A stretch of DNA of 64,000 bases from Eledone cirrhosa. Its lineage: Eukaryota. Made by a program: the position numbers and the translations under genes. Numbering within the stretch: position 1 is the first letter of the stretch; each line of letters opens with the position of its first letter. Location: positions 124,062,001 through 124,126,000 of the forward strand of contig OZ024741.1 in assembly GCA_964016885.1 (NCBI GenBank), in the 5' to 3' direction. A model generated the notes under the pieces. The model saw only the letters and a list, made by a program, of their open reading frames with translations. It had not been told where the DNA came from and made no database searches. This document shows, piece by piece, positions 28,313 through 42,868 of the stretch.

Positions 28313-30090
28313 AATAAGATGATGCATGACATACCCGGACTTAGTAGATGGTTAAGATTCAGTCATGGTAGTGAATAAGATATGACAAAACTCAATATTT
28401 ATATACCTTAAGATTGAGACATGAAAAAATTTACATATAATACAGAGGGTGCGTGTGAGAAAGCTTAAAGATACATAATAGCAATTTACATAACTGTTAG
28501 AGATTCAAATAATTTAAATTATTGAAGAAAGAAGAAAGAAAGAAGAAAGACAGAGAGAAACAGATGAGGAAAAAATATAGTTACTAGAAATATAGAAAGG
28601 AAAAGAGAATTGATCAAGGATAGAGAGACAAGGAGGAATAATTTGTATAGTATAAAGCATAGGGAGGGACATTTGTATTGTCGTGTATTAGGGTGTGATT
28701 AGATCATTCAAAAATATATATATCTATATAAATACATGAATATACATTTGGGCATAGCTTTGTGAAAGAGTAAACTCGTATCTTTGAATTATCTAGAAGT
28801 ATCCATCAATCTAAATATTAAATATATTTGGGTGTAATTATATGAGGATTTAATTTCGAGTCCTTAGTTAAATAGAAATATACTAACAATTAATTATATA
28901 CACTATATATATCCAAACGTATCCGGCTGACCGTTAAATTTCGAATCATTTATGTTAGTTCAGAATAATGAATCAATCTAAAGGTATAATATTTCAGGCT
29001 ATAAAATTTCATAAATATCTATATTAATATTAAAGTATACTAACATATAAAATCATATTTATAGTATATATTAAAGTATATATTAAAGTATATATTAAAA
29101 AATATTTTTAGTTTTTAAAAATATTTTTATTTTTTAAAAATAATAATTCTCATTATATAATTTAGAAAATAATTAGTTATAACTTTAAACATTTAAAATT
29201 AATAATTATAATGCCCTAAAATATCTAAAGGCCTTATAATTAAACTTTAAAAAGAGTATTATTAAATTAGATATACGCATTCGTCTAAATATATACAAAG
29301 AGTATATTATCTAAAGTTCAAGACGATATTAGTCAGTTATACATAACATAATATAATATAATATAATAAATAAGTTACTGTTAATATTGTTAAAATTAAG
29401 GTTTTAGATCAATTATTATATTAGGATCATGTAATACATATATACTATAAATATACAAATCAAACTTCATGAATCATAAGGATAAGAACCAGATTCAAAG
29501 TAAATAAGTAAATTGTTTGCGATCATATAAGTGCCAAATATGTAAGCTATATGATTTAAAAATACAAGAAAATTTTTAAGGATCTATATTGTAGTATAAT
29601 ATCATATTTAAAGTGTCTGCAAACATGAGAAAGAGAAAACTTAAGATTTTCATCGGCCCGAAGGTAACCCGAATTTAATTAAATTAAAAAAATAATAATC
29701 GTTATATAATTTATTAAATATTTAACAATTATAACAGTAGAATGTCCTTAAGTATCTAAAGTACTTATAAATGTAGCTAGAAGCATGTTATTAAACCAGA
29801 TATTCACATTTGTCCAAATATATACAGAGTATTCTGTTTGGAACTCAAGACGATATTAGTGACCCATATACATATAATAAATAAATAATAAAATTAAATG
29901 TATCTACATAATCAAATGATATGCTTATTCATCAAGAGATCATGTTAACAATCTATATGTTAATATATTTATATAGAACCCTAATCTAACATTAATCATA
30001 TCATAAAGGAGTAAAAAATTATTATAAGATTTTATAATCTGTTATAACATTTTACGCACTCAGTTGATAAGAGAGGTCAAAAATTAGAAC

Positions 30091-30870
30091 CTATTTATTT
30101 AGTGTTTTTCCTGACTTTTTGCGAGGCTTGGAAAAAGAGGAATCTTTATGAAGGCAATTTGAGAATAATTCACTTTTTTGTTAATTAAATTTTCATAATT
30201 AGTAATTATTAATAGGGTCTCCATAGTACAGTGATTGCAGTTAGGTAATATTGAAGAAATCAAGTAGATTCGACTATTAAACAGCTTCGGCCAAGATATA
30301 GAGTATTTTAAATTTTTGTCTTTTAACGACTATATAAGTTGTGATAAAGAAGTCGAAGATTTCCTATTAGGATTCGAAAAAGAGCATATCTGATTCGAAA
30401 ATCTTAATTTAAATGTCGATGAAGTTGCACCAATATAGTTGTATGTGATGTTATTTGCTTTTACGGTGCATGTATAGACCAGATTGCTATCCAGACAATT
30501 ATTTTGCAGAGGGCAATTTGATCTATTTCTACAATTACATTTCGATTTATTGTTATTACTATAAATTGTACATTTGACCTTAACATTGCTAGTACTTTGA
30601 AGTGTTCTATTGATTGTGCTTAGATTAATGTTATTCTTATTCCTAGTATTAATATTAATATAATAATGTTATTATATTCATTAACGTTAATTGTTTGTTG
30701 ATTACGATTTAGAATTCTACTATTTATTTTTGCGATATTCTGGGCCATATCATAGTTGTAGAATAAGAAAGCTTAATTGCGTGTCTGTTAAATATGGAAG
30801 GGTATTTGTGTTGAATAACACTGTTGAGTGCTTCCAATCTATTGTAAAACTCATTCTTTGATTTATTCAT
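30091..30870 (-). pseudogene. PLE zinc motif plus GIY-YIG endonuclease (absent from ORF track)
   Basis: Manual translation: IFNRHAIKLSYSTT, KCNCRNRSNCPLQNNCL, LVYTCTV, YNYIGATSSTFKLRF, CNHCTME, then ELFSNCLH after a frameshift; internal stop. Confidence 0.85.
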
Positions 30871-30882
30871 TGAACCTTGTTT

Positions 30883-30919
<37 letters not shown>

Positions 30920-31033
30920 TCACACAAACACTATCACATACAGACAAACGCACACACGGACACTTATATAGATATATCATGATTATATATATATATATAT
31001 ATATACAATTATTAATATATATATCTATACATA

Positions 31034-31143
<110 letters not shown>

Positions 31144-31224
31144 GGTAAACAGAAATAAAAACACAATCGGAACAATATATGGAAGGAATATATTAGATTA
31201 ACGGTTGAAATAGCAGGAAGAGGG

Positions 31225-31260
31225 TCTTTACGTTTCGGACGCTAGTCCTTCTTCAGAAGA
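31225..31260 (-). ncRNA. Minimal type I hammerhead ribozyme
   Basis: UCUU-CUGAAGA-A-GGAC(UAGC)GUCC-GAAA-CG-UA-AAGA; ACGU palindromic helix III. Confidence 0.85.
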
Positions 31261-31799
31261 AAGAATGAGAAATAAGATATATTGAAGGGACGGGGTGGGT
31301 GGAATTGGAAAATGTGTCTTTAGATAAAAATAACAGGTCCATTTATGTTGACATCTCTTGGAAAACTCTTTATGCTGGCGTTTTGTGTATAATATATTTT
31401 TTTTTAGAAAAGTGGATGATGAAGCGCGTCTATCAGAAATAGAAAAAAATGTTTTGTATAAAGAGCTATACTTTATATATATTATATATAGATATGTAAA
31501 TGCATTCCTTATATATATTATATATAGATATGTAAATGCATTCCTCAATTTAATAATAATAATATTCGATCCGATTGCATCATTACACTATGTATTTTAG
31601 ATAACAATCCCCATCCTTTTGCTTTGCCGGTGACAGAGTGATCAATGATATTGTTTCTGTTTTATTGCCCTTTGTCAGCATTCTGTATCCTTCTCCTGCC
31701 ACTCACTAGAGATCTTGAGATTATATAATATTCTCAAAAGTATACATAAGCTGACTAGCCTAATGTGCATACCGAGTGAATTTACGGCTAACGTTGCCG

Positions 31800-32490
31800 A
31801 AAATTATTGTTGATAGGGCTATAATCCTCAAACACTCCTTCCAGCGTGTCCTGTCAGAAGTAACCGTCTCCAGCTGATCTGGATGGATTCCCAAGCGAGA
31901 CCAATCAAGCTCATAGATATTATCTAACCATCTTACACGTGCCTCCTCCAGTGTCTCCTGCCGGTTGGTGTTGCCCGTAAAATCTGTCTAGCAATTCTTT
32001 CCTGAGACACTCTAATTACATACTCATATTATCGAACCTGTACCTTTGATTCAGTGCTGGATATTCGGGTTAAGAGAGGGGCTGCGTGGCATGTGACCAC
32101 ATCTAGTTATAATCTACTTGAGAATACCTAAAGTCAAAGAAGCACACAAAATGGGCAGGTAGAGAGCGGCTAACATGATAAAATGGGAAGCATTGGTGGA
32201 TAAAGAAGTCAGGACCAGGTATGCATATACTATTGCATCCAAATTCAGAGAACTCCCTGAGCAAACTGAGGACGTTGAGACAGATTGGATATTGTTCAGC
32301 CCAATAGTTTCTGTTTCAACTGTTTCAACTGTTAAATGCTGGGGCGCAAGTAGCTTCGTGTGGAGCTGGATGGCAGGAGGACCCTTTGGTTCAACCAAGA
32401 GATCAAAGATGCCATCCGAGCCAAAAAGTAGGCTCACAAATACACGCGCGTGGCTCAATGGGGGTTCATCAGAAAGGTCTTTTGTTTAAC
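31800..32490. pseudogene. RTE LINE relic in two opposite-orientation pieces
   Basis: - strand C-terminus (WLDNI..WSRLGIHPDQL..DRTRWK) 31800-32040; + strand post-endonuclease linker (IKWEAL..DVETDWILF) 32050-32490. Confidence 0.65.
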
Positions 32491-32964
32491 ATTAATCGAT
32501 AGAGTGCGCAGTTTGATGATCAGAGTGTCACCCCAGGTAGAGTCATTATTTCTCCGAATTGAGAGATCACAACTCCGATACTATGTATATATACATTTTT
32601 AAAAATATGTGTGTATGTTAATAATTAAGTACTTGAGCAGGTGAAAGTTAAAATTTGTCTGTAATTAATTGCTAAATATAGATTTCCTGTTATTAAGAAG
32701 AACAAAGCTAATATTTTCAATAGGATTTCACAATTCATTGCTGCTGCTAATGTTACTGTTGATGCTTATTGTTGCTTTTGTTACTGGTGTCTTATTGAAT
32801 ATAAAAAAGTGTATATGCACGATATAGCATATGTCCTCTCTTCTCTATTAAAAATAAAGTTATATGTTGCAGGAGAGAGATGTACCATTTTCATTACCCT
32901 CCTCGTCTTAAAAAAATTAATTAACAATTAATATACAATATTTGTTTTTATTATTCATTATTAA

Positions 32965-33072
32965 TGAGTTCAAATCCCGCCGAGGTTGACTTTGCTTTCA
33001 TCCTTAGATAGAATAAAGTACCAGTAATGCACTGGGTAATTGCTGGCCTTGTGCCTAAAGTATAAACAATTA
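32965..33072 (+). mobile_element. 5'-truncated SINE
   Basis: GAGTTCAAATCCCGCCGAGG...AAAGTACCAG. Confidence 0.75.
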
Positions 33073-36000
33073 TTAATGAGTTATTACAGATTTTCTTTTC
33101 TTTGTGATCACTGATGCTTGAAACCGGTGCTGTTGTGTATCTGATACTATTATGTATATGCGACTGGGAATACGTATATTGTAGTCCCGTAATTTATAAG
33201 AGGTTACTAAAAAGGGTTAGCGTCAGGAAAGGCATCCTATTTTAAAAGATTGCTTTTAAAAAAACGAAGATGATGATTATGAAGCCTTACAAGTGGTCTG
33301 CAATGCTATCTCCTGCTAAAGCAGAGAAAATAGACTTAAAACGTTTGCTACTTCCTCTATAAACATTAAACAGATCCTGTTACAAATATTTCATATTTTC
33401 GTGAGTATGATGTTTTCATGAGTTCAGTAAATCATCAATGAAACTTGAACGGACTTGTGAAGAAATTCTAGATAGAAATTAAGATATTCTTTAAAGAGTG
33501 AATGGAGATATTTGAATGAATCATTGAAAGAGGACTTTTGAAAATGTATACATTTTTTTCGGTAATTATTTAAGCACTTTTATCTGGATAGTTATTTCTA
33601 TACACATAATTTTATAAAAGAAAGAATCAAGATGATTAAAATTGAATCTCAGTTAACATAGATAATAAAGAGCCAAAACTTTATACTGATCGCTTTTTCT
33701 TCTCCATCTCAAGAAAACCAATTACAATACCAACAGCGGTAACCACAATAATAATAGGATCAGCAACATTAATTATTATATATTCTTACTTGAAGAAACT
33801 TTTATTCATTTTTATTTTACAAATTAGTCAAGTTTTTTTTTCAGTTTAAGACTAGTTGAAAATGATAATTTCCATGAATCGCTTCTTTCTCCTCCTACGC
33901 TCCGCATTATAATTCAGATTATCAACGCAGTGGTATAAGAAATGTAATAGTGATGGGAGAAAGAAAAGTGTAACGTCATTAACCATGGTTGAGGCTGAGA
34001 ATGTATCTATGGCAAGAAGTCGTACTTGTTTATGAAATGCACGGAAAATGGTTCCATGACGAATATGTTCATATACCGGTTCAAGGTACGAGCTATATCG
34101 ATCTGGAATCAAAAGCTCGTCGGACCTCTGCTGTTGTAATGACAGAATAAACATATAAACCAGAGAAATGTCTGTAACGTTTCACGTTCATATGTTGGTC
34201 AATTTATTATTTGGTTAGTGGTTTAGCTATGAGGAATGTTTTGGCATGTGTGATAAGTGGGGGTGAGCATAGTGACAATGTGGTGGGGAGCGATGGTTGG
34301 TGTGAGTTGTGGGTTGTGGTGTTTTGGCTTGCCATAGACATGTCGGTATATACGTGGTGAGGCGGAGGTGCTGTGTGTGGCGGAGGTGCTGTGTGACTGT
34401 GAGTGATAATACGTGATATGAGACGGTGTTGTACTAGGTGTAGGGTGGGGGGGTCTATGGTCATCAGGTTGCCACGAAAGAGTGAGTGGACAAAAGGAGG
34501 TAGGTTATACTGTGTTAGGGTGGGGGTTATTTGTAAGCTGTTTAGACATAGTTAAAGGAGTTTATGCTATAAAAAATTAATGAGGTGATGAAAATGGTAT
34601 GAGGTTAGTGTTTGAAAATATATATAAAGAATTAAGGACATTAATAATATATATATATCTTTTTTCCAATCTGGGATTTTTTATAACTCCAAATATAAGG
34701 CTAATTTACATAGTCAAAAATACGATGGAAGCTATATTTCTATCTAATTTTCAAATTCTCCGTTTGTAAAGAAAGTAATTTTTTAAAACAACGCTAGGCC
34801 CTGTATCTTATATATATATATATGTGTTGGTCAATTTATTATTTTGATTAGTGGTTTAGCTATGAGGAATGTTTTGCCATGGAATTTAAGGATAGATGGT
34901 TTAATCACCGCCATATCTTTAATAGATTAGATAAATAAAATAGCACGGCACTTTGTGAATTAGTCTGGAAGCTTAAACATCAGAATATAGAGCACTCCTT
35001 ATCCTGGTCCATAGTTTGCTCAGCCCAACCTTATAACGGCAACACTGGCGTCTGCAATTTATGTATAGCTGAAACCTTTAATATTATTAGAGGCGGCCCT
35101 CTATTAATTAACAGGAGAGCTGATTTTTTTAGCAACTGCCAACATAGAACCTCGAAAACCTTCCGCAGGATTTTTAGGAGGTAACCTACCACTAACTCCT
35201 CCTTCTCTACTTTAGCCATAGAGTTCTCTCAATAAACAAACAGTCACACACTCAGGTAGTTAGGCGGGTAAGATTGTTTGCGCACTTACAAACGATACTC
35301 GGCCTGTTTCCCCGGAGTTCTCACAGCTGAGTGCACTTTTTTAGAATACCTAGCTAGTAAATAGTTAGATTGATTATACATTTAGAATACCTAGTTAGTA
35401 ATTGATTGCACACGCAGGCATGACCGATTACGCGCACCTACCTTTACTTTAAGATACCCTAACCATTGAGTTCTCTCAGTTGGGATATAGCTAGTCGTAT
35501 TACACATTTAGTTAGGACCGATTACGCTCTCTATACATAACTCTATACATAACTCTACACACAGTACCCGTTTCCTTTAGACATTGAGCTCCCACAATTA
35601 CGACTGTCACGTTCCTACCGACTGAACACTACACTAGGTTTGATCCGTGATCATCTAACCATGGAGGACTCACTGTTACGGATTGAACAATAATACTTAC
35701 ACACCATTAATGGGCCTACACACATCTTCTGGATTTTACTATCCTGTGTTTTTTTACTTCACCTTCTGTGTTGGATAACACACCTCCACCACTCAAACAA
35801 CTATCTTAAAAGTTCATTGGCCCATATGACGAGAAATCGCACTTACTGACGCATTTACCCAATACCCAACCCTACACGGAGCCCCTTGCTGGCCTACATT
35901 GCGGTTGTTTGTACGCACGGATTTAGTGACTCGGATTCTCAATCGGACAGCGGTACATACTGAGTTCGGACGATTCGGATGTGTATATACCATAACATAC

Positions 36001-36114
36001 ACTTGAAAATATGGATGTTACAATTCAATCTATACACGTATAGCAGAACACTGAACTGAATTTACTTGCTTGTGTGTGTGTGTGTATGTGTGTGTGTGTG
36101 GGGGTATGGGGCGT

Positions 36115-36590
36115 TGGTTAACCTACTCACATTAACTATATCCCTACAGATTTTATTGATGTCCAGCGTCTTTTGCAGCGATAGAAATCTGACAACTTTT
36201 ATGACCTCAACTGAAGTTAATAGCAGTCGCCGTGTCTCTGACTGGTGTGTCTTCATATGAGGGAATGAATTCTGTGAGAGAACATGGTTATTCTTCTCCC
36301 TCATATCAAGAATTTGAAGACAATTCATTTTCACCTGATGAGATCAGTGATAATCGATCATGTCTTCATAATCGATCTATCTCTTATTGAAACATGTGTC
36401 ATGATTAAATGATTGGAATTTACCTTGCCTTCGGATTTTCATTTTGATACTTATACTCCGTTTTACATCATCTAGCTGGTCCCTTGAATGGAATTGGAGA
36501 TATACAAAAGCGTGGAGAACTTAATATTGCTAACATAAATTTATTGGACCATTTTACACAACCAATAATGCATCTTACTATATAACAACT

Positions 36591-36592
<2 letters not shown>
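36115..36592 (+). mobile_element. PLE-type 3' end with hammerhead; same family as 45603-46123
   Basis: 36258-36590 is nearly identical to the reverse complement of 45603-45938. Confidence 0.8.
36331..36404 (+). ncRNA. Type I hammerhead, long helix II
   Basis: TCAC-CTGATGA-...-GAAA-CATGTG-TC-ATGA (one helix I mismatch). Confidence 0.7.
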
Positions 36593-36656
<64 letters not shown>

Positions 36657-37129
36657 TTATTTGCCAAATTATGTACATACATAGCTGTTCCAATCAATGC
36701 TCCAATACAACGTAAACACAACGGACTAGACACAATGGTATGAGATAGTGTATACAAAGTGAAGAAAAGGCGCGCATACTTTTGGGAATTAGCTGTGTAA
36801 CAGAAGTTAATATGACGATGAAAATGAACAAATGGATAATATGCATGCTGGAATAATGAAGAACATACAGATACTAAACCCTGACTATACGTTTAGAACT
36901 TTACCTGTTATCATTAGTGCACTTGGTGAGGATACTAACTGCTTCCGTATGAATTTTAAGGAATAGGATTTTACAGAACCAGAAAGTGCATAGTTAATTA
37001 GCAAATCGCATGTACATAGTACATTCCACCAATTGAATGTGAAAATGTGTAAAACATTCCAAAAATTTATCATATAATAGCTATATATAGAAGAAGGAAC
37101 GATCGACTTTCGTCAAATCGGACCGAAGG

Positions 37130-37311
37130 AACAATGTTTCCGTTGGTCTTTCCACTTGCTAATACTATCTATCGGTCGAAACTCCAGGTAGAAGGAGCAA
37201 CGTGAAATAAAGTGTCTTGCTCAAGGACATAACGAATCACCTGGTCCAGGAATCGAACTCACAACCTTACGATTGCGAATCCAATTCCCTAACCACTCAT
37301 CCACACGCCTT
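37130..37311 (-). mobile_element. Second tRNA-derived SINE family
   Basis: Reverse complement has A box (TGAGTGGTTAGG), B box (GAGTTCGATTCC) and CCTTGAGCAAGACACTTTA core; decayed relatives near 54300, 57720, 62600. Confidence 0.7.
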
Positions 37312-37813
37312 TACTATATATATATATATATATACGTATATATGTGTGCAAATATAACTAAAGCATCCACAAAAGAAATGAATCAATAACTACAGAAGCA
37401 GATACACACATACACGCGAAAATACACACACGTACATCTATACAAACATAATTACCCAATTTATGCCATCTAAATTCCAATCAGAGAGATTGTTTTTGTG
37501 TTAAAAGCCTTACATGTGGATACATAGATTACCTAATGGGAAATCTGAAGCCGGCGTGTCAAGTATTGCATCATGGTGTCATAAAGTAATCCTTTCATTA
37601 CGGAAATACTTATCATGGATATTGCATAATTAAAGAAGTCATAAAATCTAGCCTTTCGTGGTGTATTATTGATGCATTCGAATCTGTCTTTCACTACTCA
37701 TATGATACAATATCAACATTGGATGAATACACGTATTATACCGAGGGTTTTCTGATTGGAACGACATAATCACTGCCCCAGCTATTAATTAGGAAACACC
37801 TTATAACATAATA

Positions 37814-37909
<96 letters not shown>

Positions 37910-38119
37910 TGTGTGTTCATCCCAGGTTCAATCTGGGGTAACCACAGTAGGTAAGGTATTCAATACATAGCAGCTCTAGTCCCCTAGAAGCCATTTCTAT
38001 ATTAAATATATATATATATATAACGGCGATTTATTAGTTTTGCGAGGTTTTTGATATGAAATCGTGTGTCGAAACAAATATTGTTATACTTGGGGAGGGT
38101 CATATTTGTGCAATATTGC

Positions 38120-38645
38120 CAGTACTATACGAACATGCCAGACAACAACACAACGGTAACAAAGACAACATAGAAATTAGAATAATATCTAAACATAGAA
38201 ATGACCCAGCAGATAGGCAAATCAGAGAGGCCAGTGAAATAGAACTTAGAAGGCCAAGGCTAAACAGAAAGAATGAATGGAATAACAACAACACCCAAAC
38301 AAACAACACTGACCTAAGAGAAGTATAAATAAATAAATAAATAAATAGATAAATAAATAAATAATACATACACAAGCACAATAACAACAAACACATATAA
38401 ACACACACTAGTAAAGATAGAATACATTAACCAATACACAGTCACCCAATCACGAACACACATCAAACAAAACACTATACACACACGCAAACGCATGCGC
38501 AAAGAAGACAAAATAAAATAAACAAATAAATAATTATATAAACAGACTAAATAAAGATGGCGTAGAAAATACAATGCAACGGGAGGAAACAATAGCACTA
38601 CTGACGGTGTGGCAGTTGTGCAACGAAAGAACTTTGATAAACTAT
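38120..38645 (+). mobile_element. Penelope (non-Naiad) 3' fragment: GIY-YIG C-terminus, A-rich UTR, decayed hammerhead
   Basis: EHARQQH..IEIRII..DPADRQIREASEI..RPRLNRKNEW; CTGACGG..GAAA at 38601-38628. Confidence 0.65.
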
Positions 38646-39224
38646 ATATATGTGTTTGTATCTATATTGTATCTGTATTATGTTTGACCGTTGGTCAGTC
38701 AATGGCAACATTCGACACCAATTTATCTGGGGTATCTATTAATTAGAATAATTAAGTATTGAAGTAAATATAAATATAAACCTTCATTAAGTGAAATAAA
38801 GTTTATAGAGAGTAAATATAACCCCATGTACATTTTAAAAAATAAATAAAAATATAAAAAATAACGAAGTTTCACCTAAAGTGGAATTTTGAATTAATTT
38901 AGATGATAGATGAACAAAATATATTATATATTGATTTCGGTGTATGCATTTTTAATACATTTTAATACATATTTAATAGATATTTAATAAACATTAAAGA
39001 TAAAATGTTTAAATGCTAAATAGAATATATAACAATATCTTACCCTAAACATTGTCATAATCTAGAATTAATTAAATTAAATTAAATTAATTTAAGCATA
39101 TACATTTGTAATGAACTTAAATATTCGATTGCCGTAGAAATTAATCTATACTTAAGAATCTAGATATATTATAAACTTATAATTAATTAAAGCGTTTATG
39201 CAACACAAGCGGCATTCATTGATA

Positions 39225-39420
39225 AATAATTGTTTCTACTTTTGGCACAAGGCCAGCAAATCTCCAGTGTATTACTGGTACTTTATTTTATTGACCCCGT
39301 AAGGATGAAAGGTAAAGTTAACCTCGGCGGGATTTGAACTCCTCAGGCTATAAAGGGCCGTAACTCTTTTCTGAAAAGCATGGCGTCCGACCCTCTACCG
39401 ATACTGCTAATCCACCGAAG
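39225..39420 (-). mobile_element. Nin/Deu-domain-like SINE
   Basis: Similarity to 27748-27940. Confidence 0.8.
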
Positions 39421-39615
39421 AATAATTTTTGAATTTTCTGTCTAGGACTTGAATACAACGGATTTTTTTATTCTCTCCCTTTCTTTACCCTTTCCTTTTC
39501 CTTTTCTCCTTTTCTTTATTTCCCTTCTTTTCTCTCCGAATCTTCCCTTTCAACTCCCCTTCTATATTTCTTCGTTACTTTACGTCTTCTTCTTCTCTAA
39601 TATTATCATATTATT

Positions 39616-39730
39616 TCTGAGTTCAAATCCCGCTGAGGTTAACTTTGACTTTCATCCTTACAGGGTCGATAAAATAAAGTACCAGTAATACACTGGGTAA
39701 TTGCTGGTCTTGTGCAAAAAGTAGAAACAA
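39616..39730 (+). mobile_element. 5'-truncated SINE
   Basis: Same core; inverted relative to the 39225 copy. Confidence 0.8.
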
Positions 39731-40024
39731 ATATTCATGGTATATAAATGTTGAGTGTTGGTGAAATAACTTACTTACTACCACTACAGGAATTGAAGAT
39801 TCAAGACCTTAGCGGTATGCCGTATAACCAATCTCTTAATATATTTTATTTGATGAAAACGTACTGAAACGCCAAGGTACTTTAATAAAATATATACTTT
39901 GGTTATGATAATATTTCTCATTTATTAATATTTTGAATAATATTTTATATATATATATATTCAAATGAAGTCGATGTTTATTACGGTATGTCGAATATAT
40001 TTATCTATAAAACTGTTTATATTG

Positions 40025-40090
40025 TATTTTGTCTGATGAAGGCATAGCATATTGTTAATATGATATCCCCGAAATATATATAATGAAATA
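40025..40090 (+). ncRNA. Type I hammerhead, partly decayed helix II
   Basis: TATTTTGT-CTGATGA-A-GG..CATATT/AATATG..CC-GAAA-TATATA-TA-ATGAAATA. Confidence 0.65.
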
Positions 40091-40130
40091 AATATGGTTT
40101 TATAAATATAGTTTTCCATTTATTTAATAT

Positions 40131-40234
<104 letters not shown>

Positions 40235-41274
40235 CATGTAATTTAGTAAATGTTCATTCATTAAATCTGCAACAGTTTTAATGAAGCGCTAAGTTGAAAT
40301 TTAGTCACACATCTGCTATTTTCTCAGCAATAAAAACAAAATAAAAAAAATAACAAACAACAAAAATAACAATATAAACAACAAAAGAGAAAAATCGACG
40401 ATATAAATTATAATATCAACGAGGACATTCTCTTAAAATATTTTTGTAGATGAATTATTAATGGTTACTGTTCTTTATCGTTACTCAATACTCTCCAGCT
40501 AAAAATAACAGCAATTATAGCCATATTTTTCCATTATAAGAAAGAAATGGCTGTACTGTTTCTGTTATCAGAATAATGAATAAATAAATAAATACATAAA
40601 AGAAAATGGCGGCTTCCTAAATTTTCGGTCTTCGTTCACTGATTTGTTTCTTGTCTAGACATTGTTTTATATTCAACGTTTTCGTTGATTTATTTTTTAG
40701 ATATTCATTATTCTATTTAATAGTATTTTATTATTATTAACTTCTGTTTATAGTTGTATATATATTTGTGCGTGGGTACATGTATATATATATATGGTAT
40801 GTATATATGTATGTATGTATATATGTGTGTGTGAGTATTTATGAGTTCGTATGTTTTATGTGAGTGTGTCTGCCTCTGTATTTATAGAGAAATATTGACG
40901 AACAAACGCGAATTTCAAGATCCACCGCTGTTCACCATGGTGTTGTTTTTATTGTCGTTGTTGTTTTTGTAATCTCAGTCATATTTTTATTTTACTTGTA
41001 GAAGATACACCTGTTATTGTTGGTGTTGTGGTAGTTGTAGTAACGTAGTAGTAGGATTTTTCTTGTGGTAGTAGTGTTTGTATTTATTGTTGTAACAGAA
41101 GTGATTGTTATTGTTGTTGTTATTCTTAACCTATGGCTGCTATATAAAATTCAGTAGACAGAATTAGGAACCTCATCGTTTGAAATGAAATTTTTATTCT
41201 TCGGTCACCATTTTGGCAACTAAAGTTCAGACTATTATTGAATAAATATACATACACACACATACGCAACTACA

Positions 41275-41359
<85 letters not shown>

Positions 41360-42226
41360 TTTCATTCATTTATTTATTATACACTTCGACTATTTCTTCG
41401 CCATTATGTATGTGCACTACAGAATGAGAGCCGTGAATGTGTGCATAAATAGACAACTTGTGACGAATCTCCAGGGAGGTATATTGATTGGACCTGTTTA
41501 TGTCTCTATGAACAAAGTATCACACGGTCTCAGTTAACGATAATGTATATGTATAAATGTTTATCCATAACTTATGATATATATATAATTATTATTTCAT
41601 ATATAAGCATCATTCTTCATTCATATGTATGATATGCCTTGGGTCCTTATCACCTGATGTTATCGTATAGACAGCAATGATTAGAACCTGGGTGAATTCA
41701 CGTAGTTTTAAAGCCGTTTGAAGACCAGAAACTGAATGTGGGTTATGAAAGTTCCATGCTCTACTTAGAGTTTAATTAGTAAGTGACCTTTTGTTTGCCA
41801 GTTTCCGTACACCGGCGTGTCTTGGGCATATATAACTGGCGGTGCTCATCCTTCTCAAGCGAGAGAGAGAGGGAAAGAAGTAGGGAGAAAGAGAAAAGTT
41901 ATGAGAAAGAGGCATTGAGAAAGCAATGGCCTGGCATTTTATCTATCTTTAAACAATATAAGGCTTACGTGATTTAGGCGGAATTTGAACTTAGAGAGCC
42001 TGAACGAATGCTGGGAAGTATTCTATCCGACGTTGTACTAATATGTATACAATTGAGAACCACATTTGCAGTGAGGACACATGATACATATATATGTTTT
42101 AGTCTCTCTGATCTGATACGAGAATTTGTTTCTTCACCGTTCAAAGTTCGGTTGAAGTGACAAGTTATTTCATCACTACGTCGAATCACACATACGAACG
42201 TACACAAATACACACACACAAACACA

Positions 42227-42351
<125 letters not shown>

Positions 42352-42659
42352 CGTATATCTGACATCAATTTATTGAATGAAATCCAAAGTAAATTGAAGT
42401 GTATACTCAACAGCTCTACAGAGTTGAATTACATCTGGACGAATTAATGGAATGGCAAACTGCCGAAAGGAGAATCAATAGATGAATGTTGCTTGTATCC
42501 CGTAACTAATGCTACAATGTCCATGGACGAGACACTTTACATCGCTCTTAGCTGTAAATAATATAAATCTAAATTACTTATAAAATGAAAGATGATTTTT
42601 TAGGATTGATTCATCGCATTAATTTTCACAGTGGTGTATCAGTTAGAATTATTGGATAA

Positions 42660-42868
42660 TCTGGTGGATTAGCAGAATGGGTAGAGCGTCGGACAACATG
42701 CATATAGTTACGCCCCTTTACGTTCTGGGTTCAAAACAAGCCGAGGTTAGTTTTGCCTTTCATCATTACGGGGCCGATAAAATAAAGTACAAAGAACGCA
42801 CAGAACTCGATTTATTCGAATTTCTCCTCTCAAAATTGATGGCCTTGTGCCAAATTCAGAAACCAATA
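42660..42868 (+). mobile_element. Diverged SINE
   Basis: GGTTCAAAA..GCCGAGG..GCCTTTCATC..CGATAAAATAAAGTAC. Confidence 0.7.

Larger units (their letters stand above)
28150..30890 (-). mobile_element. Degenerate Naiad-type PLE 3' half with about 1.9-kb UTR
   Basis: GIY-YIG remnant 30091-30870, decayed hammerhead 28257-28312, short IR 28150-28184/28207-28240 around (TA)n. Confidence 0.75.

Noticed and set aside
33105-33135. CTGATG-CTT-GAAACCGGT hammerhead relic
   Set aside because: Helix II and A9 missing; cannot fold
35031-35219. 62-aa ATG ORF on the minus strand
   Set aside because: No recognisable motif or splice context
40602-40613. YY1-like AAAATGGCGGC promoter motif
   Set aside because: Single short motif with no associated exon or other promoter evidence
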